Shown: positions 9,301 through 17,756 of the stretch, piece by piece
Layout: each line of letters starts with the position of its first letter
How positions within the stretch are numbered: position 1 is the stretch's first letter
Assembly: GCA_016180165.1 (NCBI GenBank)
Contig: JACPBU010000015.1
Span: 1-24,947, forward strand
DNA from: Candidatus Woesearchaeota archaeon
GTDB taxonomy: Archaea; Nanobdellota; Nanobdellia; Woesearchaeales; JACPBV01
DNA: 24,947 nt
Reading direction: 5' to 3'
Notes under the pieces: model-generated
What the model was told of the DNA's origin: nothing
What the model saw: only the letters and a program-made list of their open reading frames with translations
Database searches by the model: none
Translations under genes and position numbers: made by a program

Positions 9301-10473
9301 CAAGTTCCTCAAAAGGGAAAGAAAGCCTTTGGCCAGGCTGTTTCGCTCATGGATAGCCTTTGTGATAGCAAAGCTGTTTCAATAGTCCCCACGCTCAAAG
9401 CCCTCGACACCATTTATACTATTTTTGAGCAGTCAATTGACCTTGAGCTGCCTTCAACTTTCCAGCACCAATCGGCTATGGAAATCAGCCCTCAGGAAAT
9501 TGACCGAATGACTTTAGAAAAAAAGCTTTCTCAGGGGGAAATTTCTAAAGAAGAAGCCGTTGAAGGGACAGATATATTTTGGTATCCTGAATGGGATTCT
9601 AAAAAGAATGCCTATATCGAGCGTTTTGCCAGAGTCCAGGTGCAAAAGCCGCCAATAGATGGCGGACTTGCGGTGGCCCAATCAATTCTTGAAAAAGATT
9701 CATCCATCATCCGCCATCTCAGAAAGATGTTTGAGCTGCTTAAGCCGAAATACAGGCAGATAAGGTCTGGCCTCTCCTCCGGTGAGGTTGACCTTCCGAG
9801 AGCAACCCAGGCGCTTATTGACATGCAGGCAGGCCTTGTTCCTGATGATAAGGTGTACTTTAGGATATTCTATAACCGGAGGGACCTTGCTACCCTCGTG
9901 CTTTCCGAAGTGAGCGGCTCTACAAAACGTTTTGCCGACCTTACTGTTTTACCCCCCGCTAAAGTTATCGATGCCATAAGAAAGACGATGCTCTACTGCG
10001 CTGAGGCATTTGATGCCGCAAATGATTCATTTGCTCTTGCAGCAGGCTCGGGAAAAAGCGAGAAAAATGTCCAGTTTTATGTCATCAAAGATTTTTCTGA
10101 TGGATATGATGATGCTATCCGGGGAAGGATCGGGGGCCTTATCCCGATGCAGGAAAACAGGGACGGGGCTTTGATCAGGCACGCCACCTATTTCATCGGG
10201 CAGCAGCCACAGAGGACAAAACTCCTCATCTATCTTATGGAAGGGTATCCTGAAGATGAGGGCTATGCCGACGAGAGGGCTTTTGAGGACACGAAACAGG
10301 CACTTCTCGAAGCAAAAAACACGCCAGGAGTGTTTCCCATAGTCTTTGCTTTTGGAAGGTCAATTGACCAACGAATACGGTCACTGAGGGAAGAGATGAT
10401 GTATAATGAAGTCAGGAATCCTAATGAGGTCCCGGATGTCCTTCTAAGGGAATATATCAGGCTTACAAAATGA
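6352..10473 (+). CDS. 1373-aa protein with C-terminal NorD/CbbO-like vWA region and about 800-aa unassigned N-terminus
   Basis: IIYLPE, FWYPEWD, GEVDLPRA, RRDLATLVLSEVSGST, NRDGALIRHA and KLLIYLMEGYPED; overlaps the ATPase stop by 14 nt. Confidence 0.85.
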   Translation: MAKNEWLEQRIEEELNKTNIDSQDRARIKKILREAVGSLSDLIRPGLQEFPLPPLSKAIASVGGEGLEDYFSLYTLLYRGIDKNSGIFKKGRLPTKVEPVSEKLDELLALLPNGHLPALAELSRKFHSTYHLQERVDQQFKFLHAYLSANASLNGDASQKDKLDIQYKAAGSLLSSGAASKTVLGFLKWWPKIAKPLNVQDLRHWNDAFHHYLNPKPGRLPANDVVLSNFIEDAGERHRNPHPMYLAALKEISQGHNLEGIPQVYFDIADEFQDRLKSRSERSERAGYIDDFAQISEKLSSLSPEIKGHLSSIQKLSKDRPSTSFTSYAIIVDSNYTPDESLALFSFISHAAEKLNGDQRFIGLLDDLRNAAIERGGRDLKNILSFAGSLIPGNLPLMSQFLEDTLTFGPDIPLSAPASLADIAITLYKENEYAPEGQRKDQKQLRDSFSMIEQRFHTIKDPDIKVLLSTAYRDMIDAHPYESRMADNSPPLDSALLIDAFSKAIEVSPDNYYFQHTVAQLITSGSKKMRRFLSPFISKLEGIMQAISLGREEFCKYMSMLVEIIGAKASASEQNFDNEIRHYLRETSAIPKARNRIRDANVRFFERLYKTNFDFFTNEKGDVPPNVKFTLEELFKVGERVPYKRRLTYLDVEGAILDSVNAWLEDRIKSAEKSRLHDIFLRMYCSCEEDGLPQMIGRLPKFREALGTMPEAFQKDALQQAEKLLGLNYEVGMANPVFLRGDKSSKDQVALAASFLEHSGKAYASLGKDVGLWLEQGIQQAHSPQELMGFLNDEHSYFIGKFKERATGLRLVDVSQRIKVYTQMLSGQSFEIRSTPSHLPTRFEQGIIYLPEAVYFSKDFEENLLEFKARASYPCGALLYGTFHFTDDGKDLLRQRGLDDAGNVESIFASYGNRQFADTLFYILEVNRIDGQLRREFPRIRPILDAYKRNTLENGRFDQVSGYEAEEVLARLYQHFLGEDTMPQVPQKGKKAFGQAVSLMDSLCDSKAVSIVPTLKALDTIYTIFEQSIDLELPSTFQHQSAMEISPQEIDRMTLEKKLSQGEISKEEAVEGTDIFWYPEWDSKKNAYIERFARVQVQKPPIDGGLAVAQSILEKDSSIIRHLRKMFELLKPKYRQIRSGLSSGEVDLPRATQALIDMQAGLVPDDKVYFRIFYNRRDLATLVLSEVSGSTKRFADLTVLPPAKVIDAIRKTMLYCAEAFDAANDSFALAAGSGKSEKNVQFYVIKDFSDGYDDAIRGRIGGLIPMQENRDGALIRHATYFIGQQPQRTKLLIYLMEGYPEDEGYADERAFEDTKQALLEAKNTPGVFPIVFAFGRSIDQRIRSLREEMMYNEVRNPNEVPDVLLREYIRLTK

Positions 10474-10717
10474 TTCTTTCTCAACCTGCCAGAAGTTAGT
10501 ATTATTGTTGAAATCCGGTAACCCCGAGGAGCACTGAAAAAGAATTAGTTGGGAGGATACATCGATGAATACATAGCTGAAGACACTGCTAACAAAGATA
10601 AATAATAGTTATAATAAATTATTGAAATAAAAGAACCAAGCGTATTTAGTCCTGATTTTGTTAGCACTGCTATCTTCCTTGCAGCCTCATAACCTTTCCA
10701 TTAAATCCCCAACTCTT

Positions 10718-11803
10718 CTACTCCTGCAATCTTCCTCCCAGCCTATATGCACTTTGGTTGAAACTTTGCAGTTCCAAAAATTTTTTCTTCATCTCTGCCA
10801 TCTCCCCTTCAATATGGACAAAGGGGTTGAACAAGGTATCGTCGGTAAGAAACTTGCCAAGCAGCAGGCCCAACCTCAAAGAATCAGCTGAGAGGACATT
10901 AAATCCTCTGCCGACATCTGGAGTTATAAGGGCATTGGCAAGGTCAGGCAATATTTCAGGATTCACTTGTGCAGCCATCATATTTTGGAAATATACTCCA
11001 CTGTCTGGATGAGTGGTTGCAAATCTGTGCAGCCTGATATTGCCGATATCCTCAGGCTGGTAATCTTCAGGAGAAGCAACCTCTCGGTACCAATCATTAT
11101 CTCTACCCTGAGCTTTATTCCCCTCATTGGAAGTTGAACTGCTATCAAGAGGGTCAAAATTTTGTTGGCTCTTCATTAATTGTGCCAATTTTGCCCTAAA
11201 TTCATCTCTACTCATATGAAATATATCAACATAAACATCGTTGACTCTTCCTTCAACCATCGCCTTGAATAAATCTGCCCTTGTTATTTGACCGTCTTTC
11301 AGGCCATCAATTTTAGCATACACCTGAAGCGAAAACCCAGTATCACTATTTGGGTTGCCATAGATGATAGAATCCCTTTTAAGGGGGGCAATTCCCAAAA
11401 TCATATGCTCCAAAGGCCAAAGCTCTGATGGTTTTGATTCCTTTCGGCCATTGAGGACTAAAAGGGCATATTCCAACCCAAAGATGAGGGAGAAGCTGCT
11501 CCTCATTATATCAGATGCAGTAATGATCTGTCTAGGGGTTGGATCATCGGCACTAAAGGAAGGATCTTTCTTTACAGCAGATTCATATTCTGCCCAGGGA
11601 TAAGTTGGATCATCAACAACGAAGGGCGCTGGCTTTTCTCCAGAAAAACTGGGATTGCACATCCGCTCATCCAGAGAATGTTCCATAGGCTTGTGGCCCT
11701 TTCGTTTAAGAAATGCTGGGCTGTCAGCGTAATTACCAAAAAGTGCTTGAAAGGCAGCCTGCTGCATCAAATGGTTCATATCGTCGCCTGGCTTATTGCC
11801 CAT
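10718..11803 (-). CDS. Hypothetical protein, 361 aa
   Basis: Long ORF; ATG at 11803 is preferred because the upstream extension overlaps the divergent promoter and gene. Confidence 0.75.
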   Translation of the reverse strand: MGNKPGDDMNHLMQQAAFQALFGNYADSPAFLKRKGHKPMEHSLDERMCNPSFSGEKPAPFVVDDPTYPWAEYESAVKKDPSFSADDPTPRQIITASDIMRSSFSLIFGLEYALLVLNGRKESKPSELWPLEHMILGIAPLKRDSIIYGNPNSDTGFSLQVYAKIDGLKDGQITRADLFKAMVEGRVNDVYVDIFHMSRDEFRAKLAQLMKSQQNFDPLDSSSTSNEGNKAQGRDNDWYREVASPEDYQPEDIGNIRLHRFATTHPDSGVYFQNMMAAQVNPEILPDLANALITPDVGRGFNVLSADSLRLGLLLGKFLTDDTLFNPFVHIEGEMAEMKKKFLELQSFNQSAYRLGGRLQE

Positions 11804-11909
11804 ACTCAAGGTAAAAGATGACGTATTCTTAAACCTTACGGCCAATATTATAAACTTAGAAGTAGTAAAATTAGAAACTTTTATAAATAGAAATAGTTTC
11901 CCAAGACCT

Positions 11910-12884
11910 ATGGATAAAAGCCGCCGGGATATGCTGGAAAGGAAATTAGCAGCCATTAAAGAGATTAAACAGGAGGAATATGTTGGGACAGGAAATGCAT
12001 TAGCCCGACTTGGCGAGTCACCAAGATACCCCGCCACAAGGGAGCGTGTTCTTGGGGTGTGTGATAAAGTAGAGGGGATTTATGAGGGTATTGCATCTAG
12101 GTTTGAAGATATCCTTAGAGCTTCTCCTGAAAACGATGATGACGGAGATGATGGCAGAGATGATGATAGCGGAAATTTGGACAATGAAGATGATTACAGC
12201 CAAATTCAAAGTATGTCTGAAAGATACGTAGATTATCTTGATGCGAATGGACAATTTACATTTCGTGGAGCTAATCCCATTGTCAATTGGAGAGCATTTC
12301 TCATAGGTGACTTCCAAAAAAAAGTTCCGGACCGAAAAAGCCTGGCTGAGCACCTGTCAAAAATATTTATTATAACCAACGATCTTGATGAGCCTTTTGA
12401 TAATAAGTTGGGATATATTGCTGTGATTCATGTGATTTGGCAGGGTGATGTTCCCAAAGACATATACACTCTTGCTGAAATAGCTTCCAGGAATGTTAAT
12501 TGGGCCAGCGTTTTTTCAGAAGGTGGAGTTAGGAAGGTGGAATCTTCTATTAAAAGTAGTTTAAGGGCAGATTATTTCTGTCCTCAAGGGCAGTTTCAGG
12601 TAATGGATTATTGCCATGAATTAGGGAACCATGAAAATAGGAGAAAGCTCCTCACCTCCAAGCTGGAAACTGACGGAGTGGTTTCGCCTGATGGCCTGGA
12701 AGGAGTTAGAGAAGAATGGAAAATATGTTTGGAATGTGCAGCTCAAAGGCGTGATGATTTGATTACCATTCGTGGTCCGGAAGTTATTATTAAAAGCACA
12801 GATACGAGAATAAAATATCTCGAATTTTTACTGAGGACATTGAGGCAGGAGGAGGGATATATCAGGGGGTTTCTTGGTGCATAG
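11910..12884 (+). CDS. Hypothetical protein with Asp-rich tract, 324 aa
   Basis: TATA (aaacttttataaatag) about 25 nt before ATG 11910; tract NDDDGDDGRDDDSGNLDNEDD. Confidence 0.75.
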   Translation: MDKSRRDMLERKLAAIKEIKQEEYVGTGNALARLGESPRYPATRERVLGVCDKVEGIYEGIASRFEDILRASPENDDDGDDGRDDDSGNLDNEDDYSQIQSMSERYVDYLDANGQFTFRGANPIVNWRAFLIGDFQKKVPDRKSLAEHLSKIFIITNDLDEPFDNKLGYIAVIHVIWQGDVPKDIYTLAEIASRNVNWASVFSEGGVRKVESSIKSSLRADYFCPQGQFQVMDYCHELGNHENRRKLLTSKLETDGVVSPDGLEGVREEWKICLECAAQRRDDLITIRGPEVIIKSTDTRIKYLEFLLRTLRQEEGYIRGFLGA

Positions 12885-13072
12885 TTAACGCAGGGTTTTC
12901 TTATTTAATTGGCATCATTTTATATGACATGATTTTGCGGGCATAGAATTATTGCAATTTCCTCAGCCTGTTGAGGATTGTCCGTATAATAACGGATTGC
13001 CACTTTGGGAAGAACAGGCTGACTCATCTTCTGAAGCAAAAGGTTTAAAAATGTGGGGGGATTAGTGACTGT

Positions 13073-13825
13073 ATGAGCGGTGGTTTTCCCAAAGGTAAAG
13101 ATTTTTATGACCAAACAGATTTTGATCAATTATTAAAAGATGCACGTGAACATGCAGAAAGAGTTCGGGCAGGATTAAGGCAACATGGGCCATTGGCTAC
13201 TGCCTATCTCAGGCCGGGGAGCGTTCATCTTAACCCCCTTAGAGACTTTCCTCAACAATTTCCTGCTCACCAAGAAACTCCAGGACAATTCGATATTGTT
13301 TTATTGCCCTTGCCGTCAGGAAAATCCCCAGAAGATGCACCTAAAGAACTTGACCATCCTCAATATGGACATTTAAGATATGTTGGCCCGCATACTTCTT
13401 TCCGGGAAACTTGGGTGAGGGGATCCGACGGTAGGATAGGGCATAGTGCGGGCAGTTCAGTTCAATCAATGTATCAGATCATGGAGCCAGGCAGGGCAGC
13501 AGGGCCAACACCTGGGAAACAACCCATGCAAGAGGCCTATCTTGACCCATTTGAAGATTCTAAAATGGGCAGCCAACATACTGAGCCTCCGGTTATTGAC
13601 GCTGAATTTGAGGTTATTGGTGAAAATCATCCTTTTGCAGGTCAAGAAGCAATTCCGCCACCCCCAAGCAAGGCGGCTAGTTCCGGGCCTTCCTCAAAAA
13701 TACCGGATAGTAAAATATCTTTAGAGGAATTGGTCAGGGATAAATCAATTAATAAATCTCCAAGTATTATTGAATTTGATCCTTCTAAGTATAGTGCCTT
13801 TGATAAAGGAAAAATCATCAAGTGA
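13073..13825 (+). CDS. Hypothetical Pro/Ser-rich protein, 250 aa
   Basis: TATA aaggtttaaaaa about 25 nt upstream; long ORF. Confidence 0.7.
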   Translation: MSGGFPKGKDFYDQTDFDQLLKDAREHAERVRAGLRQHGPLATAYLRPGSVHLNPLRDFPQQFPAHQETPGQFDIVLLPLPSGKSPEDAPKELDHPQYGHLRYVGPHTSFRETWVRGSDGRIGHSAGSSVQSMYQIMEPGRAAGPTPGKQPMQEAYLDPFEDSKMGSQHTEPPVIDAEFEVIGENHPFAGQEAIPPPPSKAASSGPSSKIPDSKISLEELVRDKSINKSPSIIEFDPSKYSAFDKGKIIK

Positions 13826-13826
13826 T

Positions 13827-14021
13827 CTATCCAATCACCCTTTCCGGCATCTTCAATCCCTGCCTGCCAATTCCTGATTTCTTAAACCTTGAGCAGTGAT
13901 GCAGGGCAATGTCAAGCTCATGGATATACATCGCATGGGGGCATTTTGGCGAATACAGGAGCCTGCACCCTATGCAGGATTTGCCAGTGAATCGCTCCAT
14001 TTGTGGTTTTGTTGTTTCCAT
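13827..14021 (-). CDS. Small four-Cys protein (CxxC-x7-C-x15-C), possible metal binding, 64 aa
   Basis: METTKPQ...CIGCRLLYSPKCPHAMYIHELDIALHHCSRF; GAGG upstream of the ATG; converges tightly on the previous gene. Confidence 0.5.
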   Translation of the reverse strand: METTKPQMERFTGKSCIGCRLLYSPKCPHAMYIHELDIALHHCSRFKKSGIGRQGLKMPERVIG

Positions 14022-14304
14022 TGTTCTTGCCTCTGCTCGTTCAAGACTGAAAGTCGCTGCTCTGAAAATCAAGAAAAAAACAAGAAATTAATCAAGTAAA
14101 GCTTGAAAAGACGCTGGCCTCACACTCCCCCCGGAAAATGCAAAGGGCGAGGCGCTTTACAGAATGATGATAACCAAGACTAGCAAAGACACAGAAATTA
14201 TTGACAAAGCAAATTTAATATCTTGTCCTGCCATAGTTCTGATGTGGGGGCAGGTTTTATTTAAATGTTGCGGAAAAATCCAACGGAAAAAACTTAAGAA
14301 GGTG

Positions 14305-14887
14305 TCAGCCGGAAGCTGCTGGCACAGTTAAATGGGCGAATTCATCTTCAGGCAGTTTAGTTTTTATGGGAATATGGGCCATAAAAGTTGTTTTCTCTCC
14401 AGGTATGCTGGCAACAAAGATCCGGCCGTTAAGCTCCTTTTCAACAAATTCTTTCATGGCATACAGCCCAAGGCCGGTTGTCCCCCTTGTGGAATATCCT
14501 GGTTCCCATACTTTATCCAACTGATCTGGTTGAATTCCAGGGCCGTTATCTGTTACTCCAGCCTGATAAAAACCACCTACCAGCTTCAGAAAAATTGTAA
14601 TCGAGAGAGTTCTTTCCCTGAAAATCTGCTTGTCATACTTATTTCTTGGAATCTCTCCAAGTTCTCCTATCTGAAGGATTGACTTAAGGGAATTTTGAAT
14701 AAGCTCCCCAAACACGGAGCGCCTGAGGTTAAGCCAGTGATTCGTCAAAATCCTGCGGATATTCGCCGTCAAGCACCTCTAACCGGTAATCAAAGGCCTG
14801 GCCGTTACTGTGAATTCCATCAATCCAAAATTGTTTCTCCCGAAAGGATTTATCGACGATTTCTTTGAGGGATTGGTCATTGCCCAT
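14305..14887 (-). pseudogene. Stand-alone HATPase_c (histidine-kinase-like ATPase) gene, probably frameshifted near 14730
   Basis: N box ELIQNSLK, G1 DNGPGI, F box VWEPGYST, G2 GTTGLGL. A 52-aa ORF (14729-14887, MGNDQ...DESLA*) ends where the ATPase frame takes over. The domain call is firm; the frameshift is inferred. Confidence 0.6.
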
Positions 14888-14971
14888 AGTGATGGGGGTG
14901 TTGTCTCATTAATAAACTTAATCCTCAATCGTGCGAAGATGTACTGATCTACACCCCTTCAAATCGGAAAG

Positions 14972-15580
14972 TTAATCCTTTAATAGCCATTCCATCCCCT
15001 TATCAACAATCCTTTTGACCTTTGCCTTATTTTTTTCAGTCAAGGAGGTTGCGCCCCCAATAAGAAATACCTTTGCCTTGATCCCAAAAAAACCGAGGAT
15101 ATCATGCCTGATGATTGAGACTGGCCTGTTCATGAGGTAAAATCGGAGAACATACCAGGGCGAGCCTGATGTCGTAAAGACAACTGCTTTTTTGCCTTTC
15201 AGCAGTTTGTGGGGGATCGCAAGCGGGAACCACCAGTGCTTTATGAAGCGGAATGCAAATCCTGAAGTGAAAATCCTGTCAATAAATCCCTTTAAGATCG
15301 CAGGCATCGTGCTCCACCAGACGGGATAGATGAAGACAAGCTTATCGGCTTTTGCAATCATCTGCTGGAATTTTCTGTTTTGGCTGCTTACTTGCCTTCT
15401 TCCTGCGCTGTAGAGCTCGTTATCGTGCAAAACCGGGTCATAACCGATTTTATATAAGTTGATGATATCAAACTTTATATCCCTCTCTTCAAGATGCCTT
15501 TTCACTTCCTTTAAGAATTCCGGGGCGTGGCCTTCAACATCAGGATGAGCATAGATGATAAGCGGTTTTCCTGGAGCCAT
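14972..15580 (-). CDS. NAD(P)H-dependent oxidoreductase, flavodoxin-2 (KefF/NQO-like)
   Basis: IYAHPD, YPVWWSTMPAILKGFIDRIF and FTTSG motifs. Confidence 0.92.
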   Translation of the reverse strand: MAPGKPLIIYAHPDVEGHAPEFLKEVKRHLEERDIKFDIINLYKIGYDPVLHDNELYSAGRRQVSSQNRKFQQMIAKADKLVFIYPVWWSTMPAILKGFIDRIFTSGFAFRFIKHWWFPLAIPHKLLKGKKAVVFTTSGSPWYVLRFYLMNRPVSIIRHDILGFFGIKAKVFLIGGATSLTEKNKAKVKRIVDKGMEWLLKD

Positions 15581-15604
15581 ACACTTTATCAAGAACAAGG
15601 TGGT

Positions 15605-16006
15605 TTAAAAGATTTCCCTTTTGAGGATCGCTTTTTCAAGGCTGAACTTTCCTGCTCCGTGTGAAATTATGATTAAAAACGATGCGAAGTAGAGCAGCGC
15701 CAATTCACCGCCGTTAAGCACAGGGTGCATGGCCTGAGGGGCATGGGCATAAACATATGCTACTGCCATCTCAATGCCTGAGACAAAGGCGGCAATCCTT
15801 GTAAAGAACCCAAAAAGGATCATAAGCCCTGCAATCAGCTCAATGTAGCCAGCAGCCCACATGAGGGTGAAAAGAGGGGCAGGAGCCCCGAAATTGAGTA
15901 CGCCAAACACTTTCTGGATGCCATGCTGCATAAAGAATAACCCAATCACTATCCTGAATATGATATAGAAGGCGTCATGGCTTTTCTTGAAAAACGCATT
16001 GAACAT
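15605..16006 (-). CDS. DoxX-family membrane protein
   Basis: RIVIGLFFMQHGIQK, IELIAGLMILFGFFTRIAA and NGGELALLY; four hydrophobic segments. Confidence 0.92.
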   Translation of the reverse strand: MFNAFFKKSHDAFYIIFRIVIGLFFMQHGIQKVFGVLNFGAPAPLFTLMWAAGYIELIAGLMILFGFFTRIAAFVSGIEMAVAYVYAHAPQAMHPVLNGGELALLYFASFLIIISHGAGKFSLEKAILKREIF

Positions 16007-16181
16007 AAGGTTCCAAATCCGTTAGTCTTATTTAAAACTTTCCCCAAAAAGTTATGACCTGAGGGAGACTATAGACGGGGGGAAGATTCAGCCTATATGA
16101 TAACTTAAGGGTAATCACATAAAAGCAAGATTTATAAAAAACCGGCGATTAATCCCGGCGTAGAATATTTCATCAATCAAA

Positions 16182-16691
16182 ATGGCAGATATCAGCTACT
16201 TAGGTGCGGCTTATGAGGTTGAGCTGGAAAATATGCGGGTTATGCTAACCCATAGAGTAACACTTAATAATTGGTTTTGTGACCAGGAAGATAATGTTGA
16301 AGGCCTCATAGCACGATTGGAATCTGACCTAAACCCTTTTAATCCCAGAAGAATCCATCTTGATAAGGCTTCATGCCAAGATTACAGAGATCCGTTTTCT
16401 AATGTCTTAATACCCGCAGCCAACGAATTAAGCGATCAAAATATAAATCAGGCATCTTTGTTGGTATCACTGCAAGGTTTCCACCAAAATGATGAAAAAC
16501 TTCTTTTTGAGAGATTGTGCCCAGGCATCGACACATATTCAGAACGGGCAGCAGGTAAAACAAGATACCCTCTGATATTTATTTCTGAAAAGAGATTTCT
16601 TAAGGCTTTTTTTGAAGAATCTGAGATTACCATCCCTAATCATGGTGGATTCAAAAGAAGAATGGTTTCGATGAAAGTCTTAAAAAGATAA
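16182..16691 (+). CDS. Hypothetical protein, 169 aa
   Basis: ATG-started ORF with upstream BRE-TATA aagatttataaaaa. Confidence 0.7.
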   Translation: MADISYLGAAYEVELENMRVMLTHRVTLNNWFCDQEDNVEGLIARLESDLNPFNPRRIHLDKASCQDYRDPFSNVLIPAANELSDQNINQASLLVSLQGFHQNDEKLLFERLCPGIDTYSERAAGKTRYPLIFISEKRFLKAFFEESEITIPNHGGFKRRMVSMKVLKR

Positions 16692-16754
16692 GATGAAACC
16701 CTCTATTTTCCGGGAAACAAAACATTTATATAAACGGGTGCCCAAAAAGGTGTT

Positions 16755-17447
16755 ATGAGGAGCAATCATCCGACTTTATTATGGGTGTTTATCGCCGTTT
16801 CTGTTTTCATCATTGCGCTCTTTGTTGTTGATGTGGCAAAAGAGCCTGCCGATGTTTCTGCGGATATGCCTTCTGCCGTTGAGCAGGATACTGCCCAAAA
16901 AGAAGTTATCCAATCTGATATCCTGCCTGAAGCAAAAGAGCTAAACACCGCTGGCCTGGTTGCATCCGTTGAATCAGGCTCTGCCGCCATGCCCGAATTA
17001 AACTCAACTGTTCAGGCAACAGGCGAACAGCTTTCACCTCCAATTATTGAAGTCTTTATTGAAATTAGGGATATGAAGCTTCTTCCGCAGGAGATTACTG
17101 TAAGGCCCGGAACAACAGTCACCTGGGTGAACAACGACGGCAAATCCCACAAGGTGTTTGAGATTACCCGAAAGTTTTATGGGACCAGGATGGAGACCGG
17201 CGACAGGTTCAGCTTTACCTTCGATGTCCCCGGGACTTACCGGTATTTTGATGCCAATTTTGAGGAGCATAAAGGGCTGAGGGGGACGATTAACGTAGAA
17301 GATGCCTCACCCATACTGATAACGGGAGATGCTGTCAGCACCCTTTCAAGACAGGAGGACAACAGCAAATTCTCAGCCATACTCGTGATGTCTGCTATCC
17401 TCTCTGTTGCTGTCGTCACCCTGATAAGGACAAGAAGGTATCACTAA
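16755..17447 (+). CDS. Membrane-anchored cupredoxin-fold protein with degenerate type-1 copper ligands
   Basis: PQEITVRPGTTVTWVNND..H, FSFTFDVPGTYRY and GTINV; N- and C-terminal hydrophobic helices. Confidence 0.8.
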   Translation: MRSNHPTLLWVFIAVSVFIIALFVVDVAKEPADVSADMPSAVEQDTAQKEVIQSDILPEAKELNTAGLVASVESGSAAMPELNSTVQATGEQLSPPIIEVFIEIRDMKLLPQEITVRPGTTVTWVNNDGKSHKVFEITRKFYGTRMETGDRFSFTFDVPGTYRYFDANFEEHKGLRGTINVEDASPILITGDAVSTLSRQEDNSKFSAILVMSAILSVAVVTLIRTRRYH

Positions 17448-17586
17448 CACTATATTAGAGCCAGTGAAGGCCGAAGTGCGCTTTACTATCTGTTGCATAA
17501 ACAGGATGTCCCAGGCTTTTTCATGGGTATTAAAATTCCGGTTTGGAAGGCAATCATTTAACACATTGGCGGATTGTTTATGGCAC

Positions 17587-17604
17587 GAAAGAAAGGCTTA
17601 TAAA
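17587..17604 (+). promoter_or_regulatory. BRE plus TATA box for the polycysteine sORF
   Basis: GAAAGAAAGGC-TTATAAA; TATA centre about 26 nt before ATG 17627. Confidence 0.65.
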
Positions 17605-17626
17605 CCCCTTTCAATTTTCAGGGAAT

Positions 17627-17659
17627 ATGAGAAGTTATGAATCCTGTTGCTGTTGTTAG
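17627..17659 (+). CDS. Putative leaderless polycysteine leader peptide MRSYESCCCC
   Basis: ATG AGA AGT TAT GAA TCC TGT TGC TGT TGT TAG, upstream of tRNA-Cys and cysE. Confidence 0.65.
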   Translation: MRSYESCCCC

Positions 17660-17722
17660 AATTCTTTCATCGTTTTTCCATTTTATCCATTGCTCTCGTT
17701 TGGGGTGCAGCTTATCAAAAAC

Positions 17723-17730
17723 TATTTAAA
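17723..17730 (+). promoter_or_regulatory. TATA box of tRNA-Cys
   Basis: aaaaac-TATTTAAA, ending 27 nt before the mature tRNA 5' end. Confidence 0.6.
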
Positions 17731-17756
17731 CAAAACTGGAATCGGTTTTTATGTTC

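Noticed and set aside
10490-10660. Hydrophobic minus-strand reading as a membrane-protein pseudogene
   Set aside because: No start codon, interrupted by stops, and AT-rich DNA gives such translations by chance.
11804-12037. N-terminal extensions of the divergent ORFs given in the ORF track
   Set aside because: They overlap each other and the TATA boxes; ATG 11803 and ATG 11910 fit the promoter spacing.
12920-13027. 35-aa ORF MSQPVLPKVAIRYY...
   Set aside because: Short, no motif and only a weak promoter argument.
14164-14242. C/D box sRNA (ATGATGA...CTGA)
   Set aside because: Spacing is too long and there are no convincing D'/C' boxes.
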